Below are positions 41,289 to 51,504 of a stretch of DNA of 64,000 nucleotides, one piece after another. A model generated the notes under the pieces. That model was not told where the DNA came from, did no database searches, and worked only from the letters and a program-made list of their open reading frames with translations. The stretch is taken from positions 67,833-131,832 of the forward strand of contig CAYRNW010000004.1 of NCBI GenBank assembly GCA_964425745.1, in the 5' to 3' direction. The translations under genes and the position numbers were made by a program. Numbering within the stretch: position 1 is the stretch's first letter; every line of letters begins with the position of its first letter. Origin of the DNA: an uncultured Eubacteriales bacterium (GTDB lineage: Bacteria; Bacillota; JAAYKD01).

Positions 41289-43859
41289 TTACAGCAATTC
41301 TCCAGGTTCTTTACGCGAGAACAAAACTGCCGGTAGCCAAGCCGTCAAGATTGCGCTCAGCAAACACAGCAAGAGAGGCCCGAATATTAGTAATGCGACA
41401 TTGGGCGTAAGCCTTAAGTTCTGACCCGATAGATACTGCTGTAAAAACGATATTCCCGTTGCCAATAGCCCAGCTGCAACAAAAGGATAACCGGTTCTTT
41501 TCATAAGTTGAATGACAATTTGTTGAGCGGTAGCACCGATGGTTCTTTGTATACCTGTGTATTTCGAAATTTCTCGCGTCTTGACAATGGTAAAAGCAAA
41601 CAGACCAAAACATGTTTGCAGAATCAGCAGAGCAATCAGGAACCACGAGGTATACATGTAGCTGCGCTGCATATCGAGAGTGCGCTGCAAATCATAAGAC
41701 GGTTCAATTACTTTAATATCCGGTGTTTCCCGCAGCTTCTCGCTGAGTTGTTGATATAATTCTTTTATTCTGGTATAGTCGCTGTTTCTTATGATGATTT
41801 GCGGCGCAACTTTGTTCTGCCAAAAGGTGTCTTTATTTTTTTCATCGGTTGTATAAATACTGAGCAACGGGAAGCTCAACCCTGGCCGCTCCATATAGTC
41901 ACCCAAATCAATGATTCCGACGATTTTTTTAGTTTCTTTCGGACCGTAGCTATAGAATTCTACCTCTTTTCCTACAGCATTTTCCACTGAAGTAAATAGG
42001 ACTTCTGCCAATTCTCTTCCCACCGCTATTTCTTCATATCGCTGCGGCCAACTGCCTAGGCTGACGTCTAACCCTTGGGTTTCGGTATACTTTCCGGCAG
42101 TAACGATAAGGTTAGTTGTATACTGTACTCCATTCACTAGAAAGGAGTATCTTGAATAGGAGCCTTGCCAAGCAATACTTTCTTCTTCCACTCCCATTTC
42201 AACTAGTTTGCCGATATAAGCGCTCGGTAGATGTGCTTCATTGACTTGATGTACACTTTGAATTTGTATCAAGTCAAATTGAGAGGTTATCAGCTTTGTC
42301 TCCAGACGGTCTGTTTCCATGATGGTGGACCAGGTACTTTGCTGTATGGCAAGAACGAGCAAGAAAAAGGTCAGTACACTGAGTTCCCGCCGAAAATCAA
42401 TTTTCCCCCATTGGAATCGTGATTTCCCTTTTAAGGCGTCGATAGGACTCTGCCCTAAGACAAAGAAGGAACAGATTACACTACTGAAAGGGGCAAAGCA
42501 CAAGGTGATGATTAGAAACGGAACGAGCGAACTGATTTGAAAGACATACCGGATGTCCAGAAAATGGTAGCAAATATTTAGCACCAACCACAACCCGGGT
42601 AGGGATATGGAAGCCGCTCCTAACGAAAGGTTCAAGTAGTTCTTAGCATACTCCAATTCGATTTGGTCGGTGCCCGAACCCATAGAACGGCGTATCGCAA
42701 TGGCTTTACGCTCTTGATATAAATGCAACATGAGCAAAGACGTGATCAGGAGCATGGAAATGCCCACCATTTTCATAAACAAATTAATAAGAGGAGCTAA
42801 TTCCGCATACTCCATACCGATTTTGAGCGGGGGGGTCAAATCGACCGGGATAGAATAGACCTCTGCCTGAAAGCGATCTTCGAAGGTATCGAGGACTTTT
42901 CGCAAGGTTAATGAAATGTTTTCTTTCTGATCGATTTTAATCAAGAGGTAGTTGGAAGGTTCCGGGTTAAAAAAAGAATTGGCTTCTTCTTCAAGCTTGC
43001 TGCCTTCCAGGTATAAACCGGAATCACTGGTGTTTCCTAGGTCAGCATTAAGTTCTTCCTGAGTTGCCGCCTTTCTCTCAAGAGGATAATGGAGTTCAGC
43101 CGTCATACGGCTCAAGAAAGCTGTATCATCCCCGTAATCAAGATATACCCTGCGGTCGGTATCACTCGGATAAATCTGAGAACCTGTCCATTGTAAGGAT
43201 GTTAAGATTTTCTGTGGGTAAAGATACTCCAGCGAAGTTAAAAAACTAGGTTTCCAATCGAAAAGATCAATTGGAGCTCCCTCGAAATAAAAACCTGCCG
43301 CATCATAGATGTTCTTCATGGGTAACCCGAATTCCCATTTGTGACTTTCGTTCGCATACGCTCCCAACACCGCCCAATTATGATCCAATTCGTCGGGTAA
43401 GCGATCTGCTTCCGGGGCCAATTGCATGATTCTGAAATAGCTTGGTTCCACAAACAATGTCTGAACAGCGTCATGGAAATAGGACATCGTACCAAGCAGC
43501 GTTTCTGTAGGGCGATTCTCTTCATAATGCGTAAAAATGACGCGATTTTTCGCGACCAAGGATACTTCTTCCACATGTTCAATTTCTTTGATCTGTTTAC
43601 TGTCTGCTGTTGTAAAGTACTCGGATGTAGAAAGTGCTGTATCGTAATCCCAGCCAATAGCATAGATTAAAGTCTGATCTTTTTTCTTTTCTTCATCGAG
43701 TTGAACTTCAATTCCACTGCTTAAGCTGGCTGCAGCCATGACGCAGATCTCGAATAAGAGTATGCTTGTAAACAGAATCACAGAAATCGTCCTAGTCATT
43801 GGTTCCATGGAACGAAAACGCTGGTACAAATTCCTTATGGTTTGGTTTAGTTTACTCAT
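41289..43859 (-). CDS. ABC transporter permease, tandem FtsX-like (MacB-like), copy 1
   Basis: About 857 aa. Start set at MSKLNQT (RBS GAGGTG). It has two 4-TM FtsX blocks, each preceded by a large extracytoplasmic domain. Confidence 0.8.
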   Translation of the reverse strand: MSKLNQTIRNLYQRFRSMEPMTRTISVILFTSILLFEICVMAAASLSSGIEVQLDEEKKKDQTLIYAIGWDYDTALSTSEYFTTADSKQIKEIEHVEEVSLVAKNRVIFTHYEENRPTETLLGTMSYFHDAVQTLFVEPSYFRIMQLAPEADRLPDELDHNWAVLGAYANESHKWEFGLPMKNIYDAAGFYFEGAPIDLFDWKPSFLTSLEYLYPQKILTSLQWTGSQIYPSDTDRRVYLDYGDDTAFLSRMTAELHYPLERKAATQEELNADLGNTSDSGLYLEGSKLEEEANSFFNPEPSNYLLIKIDQKENISLTLRKVLDTFEDRFQAEVYSIPVDLTPPLKIGMEYAELAPLINLFMKMVGISMLLITSLLMLHLYQERKAIAIRRSMGSGTDQIELEYAKNYLNLSLGAASISLPGLWLVLNICYHFLDIRYVFQISSLVPFLIITLCFAPFSSVICSFFVLGQSPIDALKGKSRFQWGKIDFRRELSVLTFFLLVLAIQQSTWSTIMETDRLETKLITSQFDLIQIQSVHQVNEAHLPSAYIGKLVEMGVEEESIAWQGSYSRYSFLVNGVQYTTNLIVTAGKYTETQGLDVSLGSWPQRYEEIAVGRELAEVLFTSVENAVGKEVEFYSYGPKETKKIVGIIDLGDYMERPGLSFPLLSIYTTDEKNKDTFWQNKVAPQIIIRNSDYTRIKELYQQLSEKLRETPDIKVIEPSYDLQRTLDMQRSYMYTSWFLIALLILQTCFGLFAFTIVKTREISKYTGIQRTIGATAQQIVIQLMKRTGYPFVAAGLLATGISFLQQYLSGQNLRLTPNVALLIFGPLLLCLLSAILTAWLPAVLFSRKEPGELL

Positions 43860-43901
43860 CTTACACCTCAATTTAAGACACATTAAAAACATTAATTGGA
43901 T

Positions 43902-44993
43902 TTATTGTTTGCCGAAATATTGCTCAACAAGCAAAAGTGGATCTTGGTAATCTCCTGTTTCTGAAAACGCACTATTTACCAGCATTAAGAAAAAGCGACT
44001 AACAATTTCGTTGTTTTCATTCACGATGATCATACTCGGGTATTGATATAGATTTAGCTTTACGCCTAACTCGTTATAGTCGTCGGTATATACTGCACAA
44101 CTCTCATTGAGTATATTCAGCAATCCTGTAACTCTCTCCTTTTGCATTAGCTGACCAGTCTTAATGCTTTCATATGATTCCTCAGATATTTCAAACTCGC
44201 CATAATAAGCATCCATCTCTTGAAAAGCTTCTAGCATATAAGCCCCATTATTATTAATCACAATAGTTGGTTTTATTGGCCATTCCTGCTTCAGTATCCA
44301 AGACGCAGCATCCATGCAAATTGAACATTCCGGTGAAAGTGTAATTAGGATTTTCTTTCCTTTTTCATTATAAGTAAGCGGTTCACCATTTTCTCTTTTA
44401 AGGTACAATTCCGGGAAAGAACCTCCTAGACCTGCTATTTTTACCGTTGAAAGATAATCACTCAATAAAAGGAAGTCTTTGATTTTTTTCCAATCCTGCA
44501 CACGGAAATTACTGTATTTGTTAACTACGGTTCTGTTTCTAACGCTGTAAAGGACAGGAAGACGACCTAAGGTATACTCTGCTATATCCGTTTCTTTTAA
44601 CAGAATTATTTCACTGCCTTTGGGCAGTGCTTGTGATAGCTGATCATCTCGAGTTTCACCTTCTTTGATGACTGCAATATAGGTAATCGGTTGTGCGTAG
44701 TCTATATTCACAAGATTTAAAACTAAATTGTTAACCAATCCCTCATATCCATCACAAATGAAAACCATATTGTATGTTGTTTCTATTGGGAAAAAATCAT
44801 CTATATCTAAACCAAGATACACTTTTGTAAAGTACATTTCACTGTCATTCTTACTCGTCATTAGCTTATATTCTATTTCGTCATCTTTTTCTCTATTCAT
44901 CAATTCGCTGTTATTGCTGCAGGAAGTTAGAACAAAAAGCAATACTATTGAAAACAGCAACAGGAATGTTTTATCGTTTCGGTGAACTAACAA
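43902..44993 (-). CDS. lipoprotein with C-terminal thioredoxin-like CxxC domain ('family B'), copy 1
   Basis: Lipobox 'LTSC'. 'LTLSPECSICMD...YPSMIIVNENNEIV' follows the thioredoxin beta1-CxxC-alpha1 and cis-Pro pattern. TTG start with RBS AGGAGAGGG. Confidence 0.5.
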   Translation of the reverse strand: MLVHRNDKTFLLLFSIVLLFVLTSCSNNSELMNREKDDEIEYKLMTSKNDSEMYFTKVYLGLDIDDFFPIETTYNMVFICDGYEGLVNNLVLNLVNIDYAQPITYIAVIKEGETRDDQLSQALPKGSEIILLKETDIAEYTLGRLPVLYSVRNRTVVNKYSNFRVQDWKKIKDFLLLSDYLSTVKIAGLGGSFPELYLKRENGEPLTYNEKGKKILITLSPECSICMDAASWILKQEWPIKPTIVINNNGAYMLEAFQEMDAYYGEFEISEESYESIKTGQLMQKERVTGLLNILNESCAVYTDDYNELGVKLNLYQYPSMIIVNENNEIVSRFFLMLVNSAFSETGDYQDPLLLVEQYFGKQ

Positions 44994-45061
44994 GCTACCC
45001 TCTCCTTATACGATATTGTTGTAGAAATCTGCAACTCATGCGGATATTAAGCTATATGGTG

Positions 45062-45355
45062 CTACTTAGTCACAACTAATGGCAAAGCTTTCAAATAGCC
45101 GCATGGCACGGGGTAATATGCACATCTTCTTGAAATCTCGACCTGATTGATGTAATATATTTCCAAATCGGGATTATATGGATCTGAAGCCCCGCACATA
45201 CCGCAAAAAACACAGTAGCATGTAGTTTCACCAGGTACTACTAATTGTGCTGCCATACAATCCATTCCACAAGGATTAGCATTTGCAAATGCAAGAGAAC
45301 TAAGCATAATACTGAAAACAATAGTAAACGAGAGCATCCTAGTCAATTTCGACAT
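45062..45355 (-). CDS. Sec-signal small secreted protein with 8 Cys (about 70 aa mature), paralog 1
   Basis: Start at MSKLTRM (RBS GGAAAGGGGA) and a signal peptide ending AFA/NA. Mature part 'C..C..C.C..CG.C...PY.PDL...Y.N.VE..R.C.Y.PVPCG..K' is shared with 55032-55310. Confidence 0.6.
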   Translation of the reverse strand: MSKLTRMLSFTIVFSIMLSSLAFANANPCGMDCMAAQLVVPGETTCYCVFCGMCGASDPYNPDLEIYYINQVEISRRCAYYPVPCGYLKALPLVVTK

Positions 45356-45823
45356 ATGAATTCCCCTTTCCATTTTTTATGTTACATGCATCCGCATGAG
45401 TTGCACAGGCATCATAACTTTATAAATACAAGATAATTGAAAGTTTCTTTATTATTAGTGTAAATTACGGACACTAAACACCACGTGCACGGGCAAATAA
45501 CGCCAGTCCATCGGAGTTTTAACACCAGTCAATCGTTAAAACATCACCAGTGAAACGGAAGTAAACACCAACATAATGGCTTGACAATAAAGAAACCTAG
45601 TGGCATCATAAAAGTGCGTTTACTCATATGCAGGATAAGGCAACGCTGAGGAGCGACCTGAGCGGTATATGAGGTTTTGCGGGAGAGTGATGCCATAAAA
45701 GGTGTCGCTCTTTTCTTTTGCGTTTAAGCGAAAGATAACAAGATTCATGAAATCACTCTCCTGGTAAAACTAAAGCGAAAAACCTTGGGGGTGCGGGGGC
45801 AAAGCCCCCGGTGATACTAAGAA

Positions 45824-46597
45824 CTAGATCTCATCCAAACTTTTTAATTCGTGACGTTCGCGCATGGATTTCTTGCCTTGAATCATAATCTCAACAGCAT
45901 TGTGAACAATACGATCCATAATGGCATCTGAGATAGGGCTGCTACTTTCAGAGTTAGCATTCATTCGCTCATACCAATCATTGGTATCGTACTGGGTGCA
46001 GAAAATTGTAGAGCCACCAGAGCAGCGAGTTTCAATGATTTCAAGTAGATTGTAGGACTCTTGTAGGGTGAGACTGCGAATAAGCCATTCATCCAAAATC
46101 AACAAGTCAACTTTTTTGTTACTCTTAATGACTTTCTTAAATTCTCCTGCGATTTGTGCCAAGCTTAGTTCTTCCAATAGTTCAGGTAAGCGGATATAAC
46201 GCACTGTTTTAAACTTTCTACATGCTGCATTACCCAATGCACAAGCCAGATATGTTTTACCATTTCCAGAAGCACCTTTGAGAATAATGTGGTGTCCTCC
46301 CTCCATGTATTTACAAGTGGAGAAGCGAATAATTTGTCCCTTATCTAAACGACGATCCTCGTGGTATTCAATCCCTTCAATGGTTGCACCTGGAATGGCG
46401 AAATGTGCGTTGCGAATGAAGCGCAACAATTTATTTCGTTGTCTTTGATTCCATTCCGAATCGACAAGTAGTGAAAGCCTTTCCTCAAAACCTAATTGGT
46501 TATAGGAGCGTGGATCCTGCATTTGTATTTCGAACTCAGAAGCCATGGCACTAAACCGAATTACTCGAAGTAACTCGACCGTAGATTGGTTGATCAT
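45824..46597 (-). CDS. istB: IS21-family transposition helper ATPase IstB
   Basis: 'ILKGASGNGKTYLACALG' Walker A. Start at MINQSTVELL, overlapping the istA 3' end. Confidence 0.8.
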   Translation of the reverse strand: MINQSTVELLRVIRFSAMASEFEIQMQDPRSYNQLGFEERLSLLVDSEWNQRQRNKLLRFIRNAHFAIPGATIEGIEYHEDRRLDKGQIIRFSTCKYMEGGHHIILKGASGNGKTYLACALGNAACRKFKTVRYIRLPELLEELSLAQIAGEFKKVIKSNKKVDLLILDEWLIRSLTLQESYNLLEIIETRCSGGSTIFCTQYDTNDWYERMNANSESSSPISDAIMDRIVHNAVEIMIQGKKSMRERHELKSLDEI

Positions 46598-46958
46598 TGT
46601 GGTTACCTCCTTTTCGGAAGTAATCAGCTCCATGGGTAATGCCCTGTTTGTTCGGAATTGTCTCTTGTGTAGTAACCTGAACTTTATCCTGTCCATTTTT
46701 CAAGATTGTCGTAAGGGTTCGAATGCTTGGTGTTTGTGTAAATGCCAAGAGACGTTCGCAAGCTTTCTCCAGTCGCTTCGCTCCATACCGTTCGGAGAGC
46801 TTAATCAAGCTGGCACATGCCTTGAAACCCTGCTCAACTTCTCTCCCCAAAGAAAGGAAATATTGCATAACCGCAGCTGTTTTTGGTCCTACTTCAAGAC
46901 TCCAAGCTGTAAAACTTTCACTGTTGTAGGTTAAAAATTTCTTGTGTTCAGGTGTCAT
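46551..46958 (-). pseudogene. istA: IS21 transposase IstA, C-terminal fragment only
   Basis: About 135 aa in the usual IS21 overlap arrangement with istB. The catalytic N-terminal two-thirds are missing. Confidence 0.55.
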
Positions 46959-46979
46959 AGTTTGCTTTGGAGCTGTTAT

Positions 46980-47711
46980 CTACTTCATATTAACTTCCAC
47001 TTCTTCAATCTTGCCATCCTTGAGTTTAACAACCCGATCAGCAATTTCAGCGACCTCGGGGTTGTGTGAAGCTACGATCACCGTCATTCCTTCTCGATTG
47101 AGTTTCTGCATGAGATCGAGCACCATTTTGTGATTTGCACTGTCAAGATTGCCAGTGGGTTCATCAGCTAACAACAAAGAAGGCTGGTTCATCATTGCTC
47201 GGGCTATTGCTACCCGTTGCTCTTGTCCACCCGATAATTCTCCCGGAAAATGTTGCATACGATCACCTAAGTCTACCTGACGCAGCAACTCCATGGCGCG
47301 CTCTTGGACTTCTTTTTGGGGTTTGAGCTTAGTCACATATTTTGCCGGTTGCATTACATTCTCCAAAGCGGTTTTGTCTTCAAGTAAGTTATAGTCCTGG
47401 AAGATGAAGCCGATTTTTTCAGCCCGAAATGCAGATAGCTTTTTGTCATTCGTACTAGATAAGTAGCCCAAGCTTTCGGTTCCGGCCAGCATTTCATTTT
47501 CAAAACGATAGCTACCTTCCTCAGGTTGTAGCAACGTCCCCAACAAATAAAGGAAGGTTGACTTACCGCTACCAGAGGGTCCCCACAAAGTAATCCATTC
47601 GCCACGGCGAACTTCTAGATTTGCCTGATCGAGTGCACGAATTTCTACCTCGCGCTTATGATAAATCTTACTCATATCTTTGACTGTCAGTAATGGACGA
47701 TATCCTTCCAT
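46980..47711 (-). CDS. ABC transporter ATP-binding protein (MacB/LolD/FtsE type), copy 2
   Basis: Over 90% identical to copy 1 at protein level. The C-terminus diverges ('EEVEVNMK'). Confidence 0.9.
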   Translation of the reverse strand: MEGYRPLLTVKDMSKIYHKREVEIRALDQANLEVRRGEWITLWGPSGSGKSTFLYLLGTLLQPEEGSYRFENEMLAGTESLGYLSSTNDKKLSAFRAEKIGFIFQDYNLLEDKTALENVMQPAKYVTKLKPQKEVQERAMELLRQVDLGDRMQHFPGELSGGQEQRVAIARAMMNQPSLLLADEPTGNLDSANHKMVLDLMQKLNREGMTVIVASHNPEVAEIADRVVKLKDGKIEEVEVNMK

Positions 47712-47730
47712 GGTTTTCTACTCCTTTCCC

Positions 47731-48900
47731 TTACCGTTTCAACTCGGCTATAGCTTGTTCAAGTATATTTAACATGACGACATTGTCTTCTTTATTGCCC
47801 AGGGTCAAACGGCAAATCCATTCGTTAACCAAAATCCCTTTTTCATTGAATAAGAAAAAACTGTTTAATTCCGCAAATCGATCATCTACTTCTTTCAACA
47901 TAGGGTGAGTAAGATGAACTAAATTGAACCTTCGAACAATTTCATAAGATTGGTCCTCGAATATCATCAAATAAGGATACATTTGGGCTATACTTTCCAG
48001 TCGAGCCATATATTTATTCATCAGAAAATCATAGTTTTTTCTAGAAAACCATTCGATTTTTTCTTCAACATTTTCTCGTGTTGCCAGTTCGTGCAATAAT
48101 ACAGGGAATCGCGTTCGCACTTCAGTATTCTGTAAAACTAGTATGATTTGCACTTTCTCTATGAGAGGATCAATTAACGCACTCAGTTGCGGAAGTGAAT
48201 TCTCTAAAGACCAATGTATCATTAAAGTCGGTTCGGAGATCTTAATCGTTTCCTTTTCTTGAGAGCTCGATCGAACAAGAACAAGTTCTTGTAATGCTTT
48301 GCCGATTTCTACCGGAAACATAGAAACTTCATCTGTAGTAAAATGAGTGTAAACATCTTCATATTGCCCAACTGCATAATACAGATATTGCCTTTGAATC
48401 ATCCCGTCTTTTACTTGCCAAATCGTAGGATGATAGTAATAGATTAGATTCAAGTAATCTTGCTCGAAACCTAAACTCAATAAGTCACTCAACTTCAGTT
48501 TTACTACTTCAGAATTGCTGGGTAGAGTCATAACTTCATAGAAGGGTTCTGAGCGGAGCGGTGCCAGTCCGGCAATAAGCAACGTGACCGGAGCAAGATC
48601 AGCTAATTGTAAGAGGTCTTCCATGCAAAGTTCTTCATAGAGGGTATCACTTCCAGATGTTAGGATAACGAACCCGTCTTCTATACCAGGAATTGGAAAC
48701 TCATCTCCCGGTTTCGTATTGATATACTTGCGTTGTTTAAGTTTTTCTTCCTCTGAAAGGGGTTTCAGCACACTCCATAGTTTAGGTGCATCTTGATCTA
48801 CAACTGGCTCTATTTCTTTTTGAGGTTGACATCCACTAAGTAAGATGACTAGAAACACCAAGAATAAAACACCCATCTTGATAAAAAAGGAGCGATTCAT
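47731..48900 (-). CDS. family-A lipoprotein, copy 2
   Basis: Start at MNRSFF (RBS AAGGAAGGTGG). The last about 30 aa are identical to copy 1. Confidence 0.55.
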   Translation of the reverse strand: MNRSFFIKMGVLFLVFLVILLSGCQPQKEIEPVVDQDAPKLWSVLKPLSEEEKLKQRKYINTKPGDEFPIPGIEDGFVILTSGSDTLYEELCMEDLLQLADLAPVTLLIAGLAPLRSEPFYEVMTLPSNSEVVKLKLSDLLSLGFEQDYLNLIYYYHPTIWQVKDGMIQRQYLYYAVGQYEDVYTHFTTDEVSMFPVEIGKALQELVLVRSSSQEKETIKISEPTLMIHWSLENSLPQLSALIDPLIEKVQIILVLQNTEVRTRFPVLLHELATRENVEEKIEWFSRKNYDFLMNKYMARLESIAQMYPYLMIFEDQSYEIVRRFNLVHLTHPMLKEVDDRFAELNSFFLFNEKGILVNEWICRLTLGNKEDNVVMLNILEQAIAELKR

Positions 48901-48919
48901 ATGTTGATAACCACCTTCC

Positions 48920-51487
48920 TTACAGCAAATCTCCGGGTTCTTTTCGCGAGAATGCCACTGCCGGTAACCAAGATGCAAAAATTGCACTCCCTATACATAA
49001 CAGGAAGGGTCCGAAAATCAGGATTACCGCTTCGCTTGTATACCACAAAGTCTGACCTGAGGTTGTTTGTTGCAGTAGTGAAAGTCCAGTTGCCAATACT
49101 CCTGCTACTACAAAAGGAAAACCAGTACGCTTCATCAGTTGACGAATGATTTGTTTGGCAGTCGCACCCATGGTTCTTTGGATTCCGGTGTATTTGGAAA
49201 TCTCGCGTGTTTTTACTATGGTGAAAGCAAATAACCCGAAACAGGTTTGTAAAACTAGCATACCAATGAGAAACCATGAAGTCAGCATGACACTGTGCTG
49301 CATGTCCAGAGTACGCTGTAAATCAAACGAAGGTTCAATGACTTTTATATCGGGTGTCTCGCGGTATTTTTCACTGAGTTGCTCATGCAATTCCTGGATC
49401 CTACCGTAGTCACTATTCCTAATAATGAGTAGCGGTGCCACTTTGTTTTGCCAAAACGTGTCTTTGTTCTTTTCATCCGTGGCATAGATACTGAGTAATG
49501 GATAACCTAATTCGGGCCGCTCCATGTACTCACCCAGTGTGACAATTCCTACAATTCGTTTACTCTCTCTCGTCCCGTAGCTGGGGAATTGCATCACTTT
49601 CCCTAAAGCCTCTTCTGCTGAGCCAAACAATGTCTCTGCTAGTTCTTCCCCTACTGCAATTTCCTCGTATTCTTGTGGCCAATAACCCTGACTCACCAAC
49701 AATCCTTGAGATTCTTGGTAATGACCGGCGGTGACCACCAAGTTGGTGGTAAATTGCATACCATCTACATAAAAACTAAATCTCGGATACGTTCCCTGCC
49801 AGCCTATACTCTCTTCTTCTACCCCTAGCCCGGTGAGTTTATATATGATTTCGCTGGGTAAATGATCTTCGTTTACCTTATGAATACTTTGAATTTGTAT
49901 CATATCAAACTGAGAGGTTCGTAGTTTTGCTTCCAGTTTAGCTGTTTCCATAATGGTAGACCAGGTGCTTTGTTGTATGACGACAATCAATAAAAAGAAA
50001 GTCACAACACTAAGCTCGCGCCGGAAATCAATTTTACCCCATTGGAATCGTGATTTCCCTTTTATGGCATCAATCGGACTCTGACCCAAAACAAAGAACG
50101 AACAAATTACACTACTGAACGGGGCGAAGCTCAAGGTGATGATTAGAAACGGAACGAGCGAACTGATTTGAAAGACATACCGGATGCCCAGAAAATGGTA
50201 GCACATATTTAGCACCAACCACAACCCGGGTATGGATATGCAAGCCGCTCCTAACGAAAGGTTCAAATAGTTCTTAGCATACTCCAACTCGATTTGGTCG
50301 GTGCCCGAACCCATGGAACGGCGAATAGCTATGGCCTTTCTTTCCTGATACAAATGCAACATAAGTAAAGAAGTAATGAGAAGCATGGAAATACCGACCA
50401 TGGACATAAACAACTGAATGAGAGGTTGCAATTCTTCGTTATCCATACCAATTTTAAGAGGTGGTATGAGTTCCACAGGGATTGAATAAACCTCACCTTG
50501 AAAGCGATCTTCAAAGGTATCGAGGATCTTTCGCAGAGTTAATGAGATGTTCTCTTTTGAATCAATCTTAACCAGCAAGTAGTTATACGGTTCTGGGTTA
50601 AAAAATTCTCTGGCAAGGGTTTCTTCTTTGCTTCCTTCTATATAATAACCAACATGCTCATTGGAATTTCGTTTCACCCAAAATTCCTCCATAGTAACCA
50701 GCATCCTTGGTAAAGCAAAATGCAACCCAGCGTTGCTTCGGGCTATAAAATTTTGATCACTCGCATAGTCAAAGTAAACAAGCTCATCCCCAGGAAGCGG
50801 TTTCACCGGATTAGAGATCCATTTTAAGGAGGACATGACGATTTGAGGATATTCTTTTTCGACTGATACCGGTGAATCTGGTTTGAAATTCAAAAACTCC
50901 ACATATGTCCCTGCAAAATCAAATCCTTTAGTGTCATAAATATTGTTCAGGGTTGATCCAATCTCCCATTGGTGAAGTTGAGATACAGCTGCACCTAAAA
51001 CAGCCCAATTTTGGTCGAGTTCATCTGGTAAACGATCCGTCTCAGATGCCATCTGCATAATTCTGAAATAGCTGGGTTCAACAAATATCGAAGGAACAGA
51101 TTTCCTGAAAACCATAGAACCTGAAGAGGTTTCAATTCTCTTGTCTGGCTCATAGTGCATCAAATATTCGCGATTGTTGGCTACTAATGAAACTTCTTCC
51201 ACATGATCAATTTCGAGAACCAACTTTTTATCATCTGAGGAAAAAAACTCTACGGGTGTTACCTTGGAATTATAATTCCATCCAATGGCATACACTAAGG
51301 TCTGGTCTTCCTTTTTTTCGTTTTCTAATTGAACCTCAACCCCATTACTTAAGCTTGCGGCTGCCATGACACAAATCTCGAACAAGAGTATGCTTACAAG
51401 CAAAATCATCGTGATAACTTTACTAATTGGCTCTTTTATCTTGAAACGATAAACCATTTGCTTAATCCTGGTTAGTTTCATCGGCAT
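48920..51487 (-). CDS. ABC transporter permease, tandem FtsX-like, copy 2
   Basis: 855 aa. The central TM block is nearly identical to copy 1. Confidence 0.8.
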   Translation of the reverse strand: MPMKLTRIKQMVYRFKIKEPISKVITMILLVSILLFEICVMAAASLSNGVEVQLENEKKEDQTLVYAIGWNYNSKVTPVEFFSSDDKKLVLEIDHVEEVSLVANNREYLMHYEPDKRIETSSGSMVFRKSVPSIFVEPSYFRIMQMASETDRLPDELDQNWAVLGAAVSQLHQWEIGSTLNNIYDTKGFDFAGTYVEFLNFKPDSPVSVEKEYPQIVMSSLKWISNPVKPLPGDELVYFDYASDQNFIARSNAGLHFALPRMLVTMEEFWVKRNSNEHVGYYIEGSKEETLAREFFNPEPYNYLLVKIDSKENISLTLRKILDTFEDRFQGEVYSIPVELIPPLKIGMDNEELQPLIQLFMSMVGISMLLITSLLMLHLYQERKAIAIRRSMGSGTDQIELEYAKNYLNLSLGAACISIPGLWLVLNMCYHFLGIRYVFQISSLVPFLIITLSFAPFSSVICSFFVLGQSPIDAIKGKSRFQWGKIDFRRELSVVTFFLLIVVIQQSTWSTIMETAKLEAKLRTSQFDMIQIQSIHKVNEDHLPSEIIYKLTGLGVEEESIGWQGTYPRFSFYVDGMQFTTNLVVTAGHYQESQGLLVSQGYWPQEYEEIAVGEELAETLFGSAEEALGKVMQFPSYGTRESKRIVGIVTLGEYMERPELGYPLLSIYATDEKNKDTFWQNKVAPLLIIRNSDYGRIQELHEQLSEKYRETPDIKVIEPSFDLQRTLDMQHSVMLTSWFLIGMLVLQTCFGLFAFTIVKTREISKYTGIQRTMGATAKQIIRQLMKRTGFPFVVAGVLATGLSLLQQTTSGQTLWYTSEAVILIFGPFLLCIGSAIFASWLPAVAFSRKEPGDLL

Positions 51488-51504
51488 TGCAATTCACCTT
51501 TCTC

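Larger units (their letters stand above)
45470..46975 (-). mobile_element. truncated IS21-family element (istA 3' fragment, istB and terminal region with repeated ACTGG(T/C)G motifs)
   Basis: IstB is intact. Only about 135 aa of the IstA C-terminus remain. The element abuts the stop of ABC ATPase copy 2 at 46980. Confidence 0.45.

Noticed and set aside
45400-45460. Candidate promoter for 8-Cys gene copy 1 (TTTACA, 17 nt, TTCAAT on the minus strand)
   Set aside because: The -10 is weak and several alternative alignments are equally poor. This cannot be supported from sequence alone.
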